Both the position numbers and the translations under genes were made by a program. A stretch of 64,000 nt of DNA, taken from NCBI RefSeq assembly GCF_009914755.1, contig NC_060927.1; one strand, 5' to 3'. A model generated the notes under the pieces. The model ran no database searches, was not told where the DNA came from, and saw only the letters and a program-made list of their open reading frames with translations. This DNA comes from the human T2T-CHM13v2.0 reference genome, Homo sapiens. Below are positions 24,449-37,424 of this stretch, one piece after another; the first letter of the stretch is position 1, and each line of letters begins with the position of its first letter.

Positions 24449-27400
24449 GTAAGTAGAAAGCAGAGACCCGGTGTCTGACCCCCACAGGCCACTGAGTCAA
24501 GTGGGCTAGTGCTCAGAGCTCTCTTTATAGCCAGACTGGCTGGTCCCAGTGGCAAGTTCTCTCTCAGCCCCCAGTGCCTTGGCCACCTTTCTGCAGGTCC
24601 CCAGGGGCAACAGGCTACCCTCCCATCTGCCGTCTACCTGTCATGGGTACTCATTGGATGCCTGGTGGGTAGATTATTGTCTGCACTGATAAGCCCATAT
24701 AGGACACAAAATGCAGGGAAAAGATTGGGTTTAGCAAGTCAATGAATCCTCAAATCAGACTCAGTGGGAAAAGATGGAGTTCTCTATTAACATCTTCTGC
24801 CTTATCTTATCCAATTGAGCAGCTGGGGAATTTGTTAACCAAATTCACAGATAAGCCATAGAACATGAAGGTAGGGAATTAAAAAGATAGCAGAGCCCAA
24901 GAGGCCAAAGTGCTGGGATATCTCCCAAGTGTTTTCCTTTAAGCAGTACCTTTAAAAGTTTTTCTCACTCATTATCCTCTCTCTTTTATAAACCTATATT
25001 TATAATATTTTTATAACTAAAATTTCTTTTCACCAAGGTGCAACATAAAGTTCCCTGTCACACTCATTTTCTCATCTGTATAATGACAACATTGCAGGAT
25101 CTGAGAAAGGTCTCTCTAGGTCATTTGGGCCACCTTCCTGCCTCCAGAAAGCAGAATTCTCAGATCCTTACAGCAGACACATTCTGTTTCTAAATAATTC
25201 CTTTTGAATTCGACAGATGCCCTCAGAAATCTGTCCCAGCACTGTGTGCTATGCTCTGTCAAGGCTTCTTCTGTGAGCCTCATCTCACCTCAACCCCCTT
25301 GTTGCAAAGTAAGGCTGGTGCTTCCTGTTTTCTCAGCAATTAGCATGGAAAACAGACCTCCCAGGTACCTACACACCAAACCTGTCTCCACAGGGGGGTT
25401 CTTCTGGGGGTGAACATGGACTCCCAGGCCAAAGTTCTCATGGACCAGACTGCTTCTTCTCTAAGGTTACCCAAGGCGGGAAAGTGATGACAGGATGTTC
25501 ACAGCAGCAGCTGCACCATGAAGGAGCTTGTGTTCTAATGCAGCCAATGCCGACTCGGGCTGTACAAAGGGCACTTCATAGATGTGGCTTCCAATCTAAG
25601 ATCAAGACCCTGCCAAGGGTTTGCAGAGGCCCAAGCCCCTGGCAGCTGGGCTGCTGCCCAGGGCACTTATTGCTGGAGGGAGTTGTGGGTTCTGCACTGG
25701 CTCGAGCACTGCTGCTTTCCCACGGTGCCCCAGGGGAGCCCCTACCATCAGCAGCCCAAGTGTGGGGGCCCTCTAGGCCACAGGCACAGCTCCTGCTATA
25801 TTCAGAGTCCTGCTTATTCCTCTTTCTTTCTCTCCCTGGGCCACCCTGTTACTCCATTGTCACTGATTTCAGAGGGATCAACCCTGCTGTGTTCTCTTTC
25901 CTTTCCTATGGCCGGACTGTGTGCCTTGCTGCATAATCTACAGGATGCTTCTATTTATGTTGGCCTGTGCATTAGCCCTTCCAGGCAGGGCCTTACCTTC
26001 CCCAACTGGAAAACAGGGACTTTGCTTGTACCTGTGATTCTCAAGTGATGGTGCACTCACCAGGGTGCCTCCGTATTTCCTCAAGGGCGACCTTCATCTC
26101 CCTGCTTCCCTGCCTCTGCCTCAGGATCCTGACATTGCCTCCCTGACTCTTGCTCAGGGCTGGCTCTTTTTCATCATGAGCCACTGTAAGGTCCATTTCA
26201 GATCTGGCATCCTGTGAATGCTGTGGATGAAACATTTAGAGGTGGTCATGTCAGTCTGAAAGTGGAGCCAGGACCATAAGGATAAAAAATTAGGTTCAAA
26301 AGGAGGAATCTCACTTCGAAGTCAAGAGATATCCAAAGATGCCTTAGGATGACTTAGGTGAGAGCTCCCTTTCCAAAAGCGTGCAAGCCAAGCCTTGGCT
26401 TCACTCCTTGGCTGGGGTATAGAGGTTCTCCAAACATTGGGTGGGGTGAAACTTTGTGCCCTTTCGGCTACTGCAACCTGAGATCTGGCTGTTCTCCTGC
26501 TCTCGAGGAGTAGCTATGCCAGGCCATCACATGGTGCCCATGTGCACAAAAGCATGCTTCCAAAATGCTCACAGCTACCTTTTGGGGGACTCTGTTACCT
26601 CTCAGGCCAACAGAGGAAGATTTTACTGGTTCCTGAGATCCATAGAAAAACCAATCCTCAGTCTGCAGTAATAGTGGCCTTGCTGGAACAAGGGAGGACA
26701 GCTGAAAGAACATTGTTGGCCAGCTACATAGTCGCCATTCCTGGGACTCAGGATGGATGCAGGGTTTTTTGTGGGTCTGGGTTCACTCCCTTGGCTTCCT
26801 TGGAAGTCTGTCCTCTTTTTAATTCGGTTTGCCTTTTATAAATCTTGTCATTTCCCTCTATTCATAACTATTCTCTTTTGATCCAACCTTGGGCACCTGG
26901 CTCCTCTTTGCACCCAAGTTCTCTAAACTCAGTCTCATGCATTGAATTGCATTTGTGCGTTTACTCCTGTGAATATCCATTTCCCTGACTAAAGCTATTA
27001 CTGTTGGAGAATCATGGTCAAAGGAATGTAGAGCTGGCGGATGGCTCAGCACACATACAACAGAAGGGGAAACTGAAGGCTCTGATGGAGGGAGGGCCTG
27101 GCCAAAGAGGGGGTAGGGGTAGAAGTAAGGGGTTAGGGAAGTCCCTACATTGGGAGTTTTATTCTGGCAGCTCTCTTAAACTCATTGAGTCTTCACAACC
27201 ACTCTAAGAGAAAGGAACTAATCTAGGAGGGTTAAGTGACTTATCTAGGGCACATGACTAAGTAGCAGAGGCCGACTACACACCCTCTAAGCCGGCTGCA
27301 GAGCCCATGCTCTTTCCACAGCCTGATTATGAGGAGCAGCTCCAGGACTAATCCCAGCTGTCTAAGTTGGTGTTTTGTGGCTCCCCACTCTGAATCCCAC

Positions 27401-29194
27401 TGCAGGAGGCAGAAAGATTGATAATGTCTGATCCGAATGTGTGCACATAACTATATCTGGACCATCCACAGGCATGAACTTCTGGGGGTTGCAGACAGCA
27501 ATTGGAGCTCTGAGATCTTCCTGACCAGGGAGTAACAGAAAACCAGCAGCTCCCCAGCTTGTTCATTAATGCCTGAGAGAGCCCCTGCCTTTCTTGCCTG
27601 CAGGCAAGGCACAGGACACTACAGAGAGGCTGGCAGCCCCTCCCCTCCCAGACCTTCCTTTCAAACTGATGCAAAGGCTGAAGAAGAAATGACAGAAATG
27701 TTTGCAAACAGAATACCTTCTCTAGCTAGTTGAGACGTGGCAGATCTAGTAAATCTGATAACATAATGTGGCTTCTAGGGCACTGGTTTAATGTTCCTCC
27801 TCAGAACCTGGAGCACAGTGAATAGGAATATAGAGAATTTGGATTTGGGTGGAAAGAGACTAGCTGGAAAGCAGGTTGGAAGAGAAGATGTGCTGGGTGT
27901 GGTGCCAGATGCTCTTCATCTGAGCCTATCATGCATGTTCAAGGGTGGGAGGGTGGGGATGTGGCTTTCCGAGTCCTGGAAGAGGCAGAGAAACAGTTTG
28001 TTCTCATGGTTTTTGTGGGCCCGTTCTCAGTAGGTGCTGGCTGACTAACAGTTGCCTGGATGAGATGATTTAGGTGGTCCAGGTGGCCACCTCGATGATC
28101 TAGGTGGGCAAGTATAAGTTTGAGAATCTATCTTGAAAAAAGTTCCAGTTGATTCTACATTTGGGAAACGTAGAATCTAAAAGGTGTTTACAAAGATTAG
28201 GTTACTACCTACTTTGTAGAGGTTGACACCTCCCTGATTTCTGAGTTGGCTGGAATGTGTAGGGGTAGGGAGAGTGGAAGATAAGAGCTTGTTAAGGGGT
28301 TTAGGGTCAAGGGCTTTCAGAAAGTGGCCCTGACAGACTCACATCCGTGTGCAGGCAACTGCAGATAACATTACAGCACTACTGTTGGTGAACTTTGGGA
28401 AAAGCACAAACAAATGGGGTATGTGCCCAAAGACTTTAGATTGGCAAACACCCTAGTTTTCACATAGGGTAAGAGGGCAGAGCACAGAGATTACAGAACA
28501 GGAGTCTGAACTTGATCCCTGCCAAACACTTGGAGAGATGATTAAGCAGATGAGTTCTGGGCATTCACATTTGAATTCAGTGATCACTGGGAACCCCCAA
28601 AGTTTCATTAAGAAAAAAAAATATGAGGACCTCGTCTAATTTACCAGGGTTATACCTTTAGTAAATTCAAGAGGAATTGCAGATGGAGTGAATTTTTATT
28701 TTGAAAAAAATATTTTATGGTCTCCTAAGGGAAAGCATTTTTAAGTGGATACTGAGCTTGTCTTCCTACCAAAAGAAAGTAGGTTAGTGACTCTGTCAGC
28801 CAGGAAGGAAGTCCCTGGTGTTATTTTAGTCCTTGTCCTATTCAATCTCTTGTTTGTTTGATTGTTTTTTAAATTCATGACTCAGGTGCAAGCATAGGGA
28901 AGCTTATCGAGTGTGTAGGTAACATTTGGAGAGCATAACTAACACCACAGAAGATGAATCAAAATTCAGAACTATCCAACAGCTTTGAATGCTAATTTGA
29001 AATCTGCAAGACAAAATGTTAGCAGGATAAATCTGGAATCTCATGTTTAGGTTAAAACAAAAATAAAGCAGTGCAAATAGGAGACCTAACTTGCTGTTTA
29101 TTTGTGTGAAAAAAATGAGTTAGTTGACCACATTCTTAGTATCAGTGATACATAGCTGACAAAAATCCAAGCAATGTTATTGATGCAGTATAAT

Positions 29195-29400
29195 ACTGCT
29201 AATAACCACCAGTATTGCACACTTACTCTGTTAAACACTTTACATAAATTAACTAGTTTCATCCCCCTAACAGCCCCATGAGGTACATTTTGCATATGAA
29301 GAAACAAAGCCTCAGAGAGAACAAGTAACCTGTTCAGAGTCTTGGAATTAGTGATTTGCAAAACAAGGTTTAAAACTCAGATCTGTCTGACTCTGTGGTC
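29195..29400 (-). mobile_element. MIR inserted in L3
   Basis: cacttactctg...cactttacata...aacagccccatgaggt...atgaagaaacaaagcctcagaga...aagtaacctg...tctgtctgactc. Confidence 0.75.
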
Positions 29401-29402
29401 TC

Positions 29403-29490
29403 GATAAGGGTTCAGATCAGAAAAGGTGATATATAAACAGTGTCTTGATAAGGGTTCAGATCAGAAAAGGTGATATATAAACAGTGTCTT
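29403..29490. repeat. Perfect 44-bp tandem duplication
   Basis: gataagggttcagatcagaaaaggtgatatataaacagtgtctt occurs twice, at 29403-29446 and 29447-29490. Confidence 0.97.
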
Positions 29491-30430
29491 CTGTGTGGTA
29501 AGAACACATCTAGAGTGATGTTAGTTCTGGGATCCCATTTCGAGAAGGACATTGTCTGCAAAGTAGCTGTCCAGAAGAGAGCAGCTTGCTTGTGGAGCAG
29601 TGGCAAGTTCTGATCTGCTACCAAAGAGACTCGGAAATGCCAGTGTTCAGTGCTGCAGACACCCAGGCAGGAACCTGGAAGTCATCATCCAGCATAATGC
29701 CATTATGGCAAAAGAAAGATGTTGTTGGCTTCATGAGATTAAATGGCACCATCAAGTGCAATATCAAAGTAGGCCAGATTTATTCATTGTAAGTGCACTG
29801 CTTCCTCACTAGAGCTGTCCAGCAAAGAGACAGTCTGCCTTGCAGGGAGGTGTGAGTTCTCTGTTCCTATTCAAGCAGAGACTAGATAGCTGTCAGTAAA
29901 GGATGCTAGAGAGATTTCTGCTTTAGACAGGATATTGGACAAAATTACACCCAGAAGCATGTCTAGTTCCAAGATTCCACACCCAGTTTCTGGATTCTGG
30001 GTGGTGTCTGTATTTCAGAACTGCAAGGGACACAGCATCCAGCCCAGAAGAAATCACCTCAGGAACCAAAGTGCAGGTCAGGTGTGTCCCTGGAGGAGGG
30101 AGACTGGCAATTTCGGCTCCCTCTTCTGGAGGGTAACCAGAGCATTAGTCAATGAGGAGAGTAAACGAAGTCTTATTGGGAGAGGAGGAAAGTCTCCTTG
30201 GTACAAAAGGTGGCTGAGTTTACAGCGGGGGCTTATTAAATGTCAAATAAATTTTATGAGCTAGATTCACCCATGTGTCTGCTGCTGGCTGTAAGCCAGA
30301 GACTCAAGAAACCGTGTTAACTCTTTTGGTCCTGAGATCATCAGCTCCTGCCCTTTGCTTCCCAACAGCTCCTCAGTGATCCAGAATCATTGGGCCTTGC
30401 TGGGAAGGACCAGCCTGTCCCCGTCATTGA

Positions 30431-30774
<344 letters not shown>

Positions 30775-31169
30775 TGAAATAGTTTCTTTAAGAGGAAGCA
30801 GCTATGGTCTACTTTCCTTCTTTGGGAGACAGATGTTCAGTAATAACTGGTTTTTGGGGCAGATCCCAAAAATGTGGTAAAACCCCCAAACACAAAGTGT
30901 CAGGAAGGTCCTCCTCCCACCCACTGCTTTTCCAGCCTGCATTGTCCTCCCTGAGGTTCCTGTCCTGGGTTCTTCCTCAAGCACTGGCTGGGCACCCATG
31001 ACCCCTGCTCTCATGGAAAAAGACAACCACCCAGTGTCCTGGTCTTAGCCCTCAGAGGTCGGTGGGGCAGACTATTTCTAGTGCCCGTCAGCCTTCGCTA
31101 GTTGGTTTACTCCAAGAAACTGCCCAGTCTTCAGCCTTCCTGCTACCACCCGTGTGCCTCCCAAACCCA

Positions 31170-31720
31170 CAACTCCAGCTCCACTCTTCTGACTCTGTCT
31201 TCAGTCCGAGTTTTCTGACCAGCTTCTAAGCACCTGCATATTTCATTTGTACATCCAACGTCTAAAACCACATGTGCCAGCCCCTCTTACAATAGGATTT
31301 CTTTCCAAAAGCCCTTCACCTGGTTAATAGTGCCATGTGATTCTAGAGGTCTTGGCATTGACTTGGATTCATCTTGTCCCTCCCTAATTCCCCACATCTG
31401 ACTGCTCATCAACTGCAACCACATCTTCCTTTGAAATTTGTCTTGTCTCTTCTGCTGTTCTTGTTGCAGTACTCCGGTTGAAAACTGTTATCTTACACCT
31501 GAATTAGTATTACATAACAACCTCATAGCTATTTTTCCAACCTCCAGCCCCTTCCCCACAGCACTGCATGCAAATGCTGCAGCTTGCCAGCAAGATGAGC
31601 CCCCCGATGCCCCACTTTCAGTACATCTGTCCCCTGCTGATGGAACCATTGTCAGCTCTGTGTGTCTCATGACATCAATCCTAATGCCTCTGTTTGGTAA
31701 CCAAGGCCTTCCCATGCTTC
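31170..31720 (+). mobile_element. L2 fragment (diverged)
   Basis: L2-like segments aactccagctcc...ttcatcttgtccc...acaacctcatagct...cccatgc. Approximate. Confidence 0.45.
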
Positions 31721-34700
31721 TGACTATCACTGATTCCCTCCACATTCAAGCTGGTATCACTCTCCCCACTCATGCACTGCCAGGCCTCAGTTAGCTGTGG
31801 CTCACGACACTCCAGGCTCCTCTTTTTCCAGTGCAATACGATGTGCACTTGTCCTTTCAGGCTCAAGCTGAGTTCTGATGTTTTCAGGATTCTGACCCTG
31901 AAGACTGGCACCCATAGCCTCTGCCTTTTCTGGTCTCTGCAGCACTTGCAACCCATTTCCAGATGTGGGCTCCTGATCCAAGACTATCCAGCACTGTTCT
32001 CCAGTTATTTCATATCTTAATTGCCTAAAGAAACTTGTGAACTTTGTTTTGCCGATAGTTTCCACAGTTCTTAGCACAGTGCTGGTTTGGAGTCCTGATT
32101 AGTGTTGAGGAAAAGGGTTGATCAACATACTGAGGCAGAAGATTGGATGAAGTCCCTGTATGTAAAGATCTCCAAACACATAAAACCCCTTGTGCTTAAA
32201 TATCTGGACCAATTTTAGGGGAGTCACAAAAATGACATCGTCTGCCTTGAATCCAGAATGAAGAACAAAAAGCCACACTTTCTCATTGGTCTGTTCAAAC
32301 CTGCTGGGACACAAAAATATTAATGACTAAATACAGCCTAATGCACTACCTCTGAAACCATACTGTGGAATTCTAGGCATCCTCCACCAGCTGGGAAGTG
32401 CCAGGTTTGTACTGGCACCCCTGGAGCCATGTGGGTATTCGTGATCTCCACTAAGATGTCCACGGTATTGATTTTGTACTTCCTGAATGCACAGGAGGCC
32501 TGGATAGAAGCATTCACTCCTCTCCCTCCAGCTTTCAATCCCCAAATATCACCTACTGTTTAAAATGACCCTTTCCAGCCCTCTTCTGCTCTTCCCTGAG
32601 ACCCTGGCTCTTATAAAGGGTCTCCCCGACTTTTCAGATACACTCTACATGTCTACAACATCCCCAGAGACATGTCCCAGCCTTTTCACTTTTGAGAGCA
32701 TCCTGATCTACTGATGGAAGGTCTCTGACAATGCTCAGAAGTTTCTTCTGCTTCAAGAACTACTCCATTCCATGCAACAAGGTTCTGGACAGTGGCTAAA
32801 TCATTTCTCCCCAAACCTAATATATTTAAAGGCTTGGTTCATGTTTAAGATTTTATAATTCTCCTGAGACTATGGTCCTTTAAGGCTGTAGTTAATCTCA
32901 ACTATAGCATAAGTGAACTTTGAGGTCAAAGAACACACATGACTGCAAAGTAGATCTTTAATCAAAATTAATAAATTAATAGAACATAAAATTAAAGATT
33001 TTTCTCTCTTTTGAGGTACTAATAAACAGCAGTTTAAATCCATACATAACATTTTTGTGCCAAAGGTATGTAACCTATGATGACAATAATTGGAAACTAT
33101 AAAATATAAATATGTTAACAATATTTATATTAGGAATAATGATAATATAAAGCATTGTACGGATTACTATAAAATGCTTTACATTATAGGTATATATTAC
33201 ATCTGATATTATTATTACTGCCACTAATAATATTTCCCCAACACTCACAAATCTGAGAACGTTTTCTGAGCCCTGTCTCCAAATGTTTGGCTGTGCCTGA
33301 CTCTGTAGCTGACTTGAATTCCTTGTTCACTGTCTGATGATTCATTGCACTAAACACCATTTTCCTGATAATTAAAAACTGCTCACTGGCAAGTGGGAGC
33401 AGGAACATGCTGATGTAGGATTTATGCAGAAACACAAAATGAGCCAAAAGACAAATGACCTGTTCTGCCTAGCTAAAGGCTTTTTTTTTCCCCTCATCAT
33501 CTTCTAAGATTTGGAAAGGCTAGCTATACTGCAGGAGGGAGGTCTAGGAAGATGCGTCATTCTGAGATGAGGCGGATACAGGGGAGCCCTTACGTGCTTG
33601 GTTGAGAGTGCTCAACCAAGTCACTCTCCCGATTTAGAACACAGACTGCCGCCCCACACAGAGGAGCAACACCAAGGCCACCTTCCCAGCCCACCCTATC
33701 AGACCTTAGGGGAAAGTCATTGAGTTTGAGCCATTTGTTAGACCAATGATTCACTTTTTCAGTTTCCCTTCTTCAATGTGACAATGCTTTCCTCAATTTC
33801 AGGGGAAACGAGTACTGAGTCTAATTGTTGCATAGATGCAGCCATTAAGATGTTCTAAATTGACGTTGCATCACTACTCCAGGCAGCCTTCTTGGCTTCT
33901 GGGGAAAGGTCTCAGTGACACCAATGCCCATGGCCCCAGAACAGCAGCTGTGACATCACATATATGTGTGCACACACACACACATACTTCTTAATTCTAC
34001 AAGCTAGCAAAGCAGCACACCTCTCTTCGTCAGTAAAGTGCACCCATCTTCACAGTGCAGACTTTGTTCCGTTTATGTGCACTTATTTGCGCATTACTGG
34101 CCCAAAAGAATCCTGGCACCATTAAGAGATAAGCCCTTTCCCTTCTGGGAATAGCTCCTTCCTTGAACTGATTGGGGCCAATATCTGTAAAACTCATTAA
34201 CTCAGAATCCTTTCCCATTCATCCTTATGTATGTCTTTACTTGCAAACCATTCATTACCGCATATTCTAGATTGTTTAATTAATTTCCATGGAAGAGTTC
34301 CTGTAGGACAGCTTAGCATACATCGTTCAAAAGCCTTTGATCTAAAATAACAAGGTAGTTATTTTCGAAGTAACTAATATAACCCTAAGCGGCTTACAAC
34401 CCCCACTGCCCACCCTCCGCTTGCTTCCTCTTCCTACCTCCCCAAACACTTCCTAGAACAATTTACTGATGATATAACAAGTCTATCAGTCAGTGAGTCA
34501 TCACTGTACATCAGGCACTGTGCTAGGTATGTCGTCAGCAATATGTTCTTTAATCTCACAGCCACTTTGGGAGGGAGATGTTACCGCCCTCATAGGCAGA
34601 GGAGAAAACCATGCTAAGAGGTGTGTGCCGACTTGTCACATTACACGGGGCTAGTAAAAGGTTTGGGGGCCCTGACCTCACCTGTGGGTCCCAGCATCTG

Positions 34701-34759
34701 GGCTGTTTACGTCCTCTCACCACAGCACAGAATTTGGGAGAAGTCATAGCTTGTTAACG

Positions 34760-35203
34760 CTGACCTGCTGTCCCTTTTGCATTCTGAGTGCATCTGTTGC
34801 TGCCAGTCGCACATCAGCTGGCTTCCACCTGTGGCATCAGTGTTTCTTTGCCTGACTGCTTTCCCTGGCCCTGGAGCCTCCCCTGCCCACCCGTACAACA
34901 GGCCAAGCAGCCCCTGACCAATTGTGTGGAAATATCACAGCTCCCTTGACCCCAGAGTGGGACAACTCTGAAGCATGTGCTAACCTAGACATTGCTTAGA
35001 TGTGAATCTCAGGGGAATTAGGCCTGCTCAATGACCCACAGTGGTCAGTGGCTTGAGAATGCGCCTCTTATAGGCTGCCTTCCTTTCCCTATCTTACTTC
35101 CCTTCTCATCTCAGGTACTTCTTGGGATCACCACCCAGATAAGCCACTTACTTTCAAAAATCTTGCCTCTAGGGCTGCTTCTGGGGGAACCCAAGGTAAG
35201 ACA
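34760..35203 (+). mobile_element. ERVL solo LTR (LTR33-like), sense
   Basis: 3' end ...ttcctttccct...gggatcacc-cccagataa-ccactt...tgcttctgggggaacccaaggtaagaca resembles the LTR33/LTR16 terminus (GGGAACCCAAACTAAGACA). 5' boundary approximate. Confidence 0.7.
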
Positions 35204-35613
35204 GGGTGGCCTGGAGATGCTGACCTGGGTTCTCTATATGCTTCCAATCTGGTTTGACTGTTCTTACTCTTCACTTGTTCTTTATAACAAGTCAAAAAGG
35301 ACTGGCACCCCCATCTCCATTTTTCTCTTTGTCCACTGTTATTAAAGCAGAAGTCTCTTCCTACACACGCACATCCCTGATATCCATCCTGGGGACTAGA
35401 ATATTCTACATAAAGGTGAGGATCTCTCAATTTCCTTTGTCCAAATTTCAGTCTATATATTCTCAAGTCAGTGTCCTCCCAAAGCTTTCAAGGAGACTTC
35501 TAGAATGGTGTGAACAACCCTAAAACAAGTGACTGGGAATAACTCATCTTTCAGAAAAAAACTGTTCTGGGCAGGGCACCTGGCCCTCCTTATCTTAAAA
35601 AATAATCCCCTCA

Positions 35614-35921
35614 GGCCAGGCGTGGTGACTCACACCTGTAATCCCAGCACTTTGGGAGGCCGGGGAGGGGGGGTGGATCATGAGGTCGGGAGTTCAAGAC
35701 CAGCCTGGCCAAGATGGTGGAACCCCATTTGTACTGGAAATACAAAAATTAGCTAGGCGTGGTGGTGCATGCCTATAATCCCAGCTACTCAGGAGGCTGC
35801 GGCAGAAGAATCGCTTGAACCCAGGAGGTGAAGGTTGCAGTGAGCCGAGATCACACCACACCACTGCACTCCAGCCTGGGCAACAGAGCAAGACTGTCTC
35901 AAAAAAAAAAAAAAAAAAAAA
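35614..35921 (+). mobile_element. AluS (Sg/Sc-like) element
   Basis: Dimeric Alu with A21 tail. Degenerate TSD aaaaataatcccctca / aaaaattctcctca. Confidence 0.93.
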
Positions 35922-37301
35922 TTCTCCTCAATGGTTTGCTGTATCTTCTGTCTTCCTTTGGATTACACTCTAGTCTAATTTCCAGTCCTTGCCTGAATTG
36001 GTGACCAAGCAACACCAGTTTAGGAGAGCTATAGAGCCATCAGAAGTTTTTTGGATGGAAAATGTCAAAACTAGAGCTGGGGGTCACCAGGGAACAAGCT
36101 GTAGTGGCAAGGGGTGGGGAACATGAAGAGGGGGGAGGTGCTAAAATGGAGCTCATGAAACCTGAGGCCTAACCTCAGCCTTGGGCCCTAGTCACTGCAC
36201 CTGGAGCAGTGTGGCTTTTTTAGGCCTGCCTTCCCCTGCTGACCTGACTGTTTCTTGAATGAGACAGCAGTACCTGGCAGAGAAAGCCCCTACTCTTCCC
36301 AAGGCTGTGATATCAGACCTTGTCATTTGACCTTCGAAGCCCCAGCCTTTCCACCACCCACCACCATGTAAACAATTCCTGTACTTTGCTTAATGACGTA
36401 TCAAACATGTTGAAAAATTACATTGTGAATGAATGCATTGGTTTCTTGGGTTCCATTTCCTTTTTTTTTGTTCCCTCTCCTCTACTTTTTGAATGTATTT
36501 TTTCTGCAGTGACAATTCTCTACTTTGTCCCCATGCACACCTATTTATCTTGCCACCGTATATATCAGTGACAAGGTCTATATTCCTTTATGTATTTCTC
36601 ATTCACCATTTTATTTGTTTTTCATACTTCAGTGTGTCCGAAGGCATGAAGAGTCAATCACCATTTTTCTTTCATACCACCTCATTTTTTCTATGTAGAC
36701 TTTGCTCTTTTCTCTATTAGTATTTTCTAAGCTTTTCTCTTCACATTTTCTCTTCTGGTGTACCGTCTTGGCACTTCCATCTCCAGATTTTTCTAACAGC
36801 AATTTCTCTCTTTGTAAAAAAATCCATCCTCTTCCCTCTTACAGCCCTGCACCACAGCCGTCAGTTATAACCTTAACAGTGGCCTCCACTCAGGAAAGTT
36901 GTCAAGTTGATAAATATTGATATCTACCCTACCATTTTACCACTACTTTTCTGCTAATGCATTTGGTTGGCATCAGTCAGCTTCCTTGCCTTCTGTGAGC
37001 ACCCGGTGTGGGAACTGGTCCCGATCTGTCACTTATAAGTAATCTGTTCCACATTTCACCAAGAGCTCAAAAAAAGAAGAAAATATGGAGGAGAAGTAGA
37101 GGACAGAGAATCAGTCTAGAATGACCCAGAAGGAAGGGAGATGAGGAGGCCCAGCAAGAGGAGGAGAGGCAGAGAAAAGTTGCAGCCTGGTGTGTAGGAG
37201 AGCTCCTCCCAGGAATGCCCTTAGTGCTGGGGACATCAGCAGTGCTGAATGACAACCATGTCCTCTTTGGGATGTTAACCCTGCTTATCTCCTCCAACAA
37301 G

Positions 37302-37424
37302 GCTCCCCAGGGATGAAGATCTACATTGACCCCTTCACTTACGAGGATCCCAACGAAGCTGTCCGGGAGTTTGCCAAGGAGATTGATGTATCTTTTGTGA
37401 AAATTGAAGAGGTCATCGGAGCAG
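37302..37424 (+). CDS. EPHB1: EPHB1 coding exon (probably exon 10), juxtamembrane tyrosines and start of kinase N-lobe
   Basis: Acceptor cttatctcctccaacaag|G and donor GGAGCAG|gtatgg. 123 nt, phase 1->1. Encodes [41 protein letters not shown], containing the Eph [10 protein letters not shown] motif. Confidence 0.96.

Larger units (their letters stand above)
28340..29985 (+). mobile_element. L3/CR1 LINE ORF2 (reverse transcriptase) relic, interrupted by a MIR
   Basis: Degenerate CR1-type RT motifs: gtgcccaaagact-tagattggcaaac (VPxDWRxAN), ttacagaacaggagtctgaacttgatccctgccaaa (YRPVSLTSIPGK-like), ttctgggatcccatttcgagaaggacatt...gtccagaagagagca (FWxPHFxKDI..VQRRA). Confidence 0.75.

Noticed and set aside
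24115-24555. ORFs overlapping exon 9 in other frames or strand
   Set aside because: They do not match the frame required by the exon 8 and exon 10 phases, and show no homology I recognise.
27109-27138. Potential G-quadruplex (four G-runs)
   Set aside because: One loop is 9 nt, it is an isolated intronic motif, and there is no supporting context.
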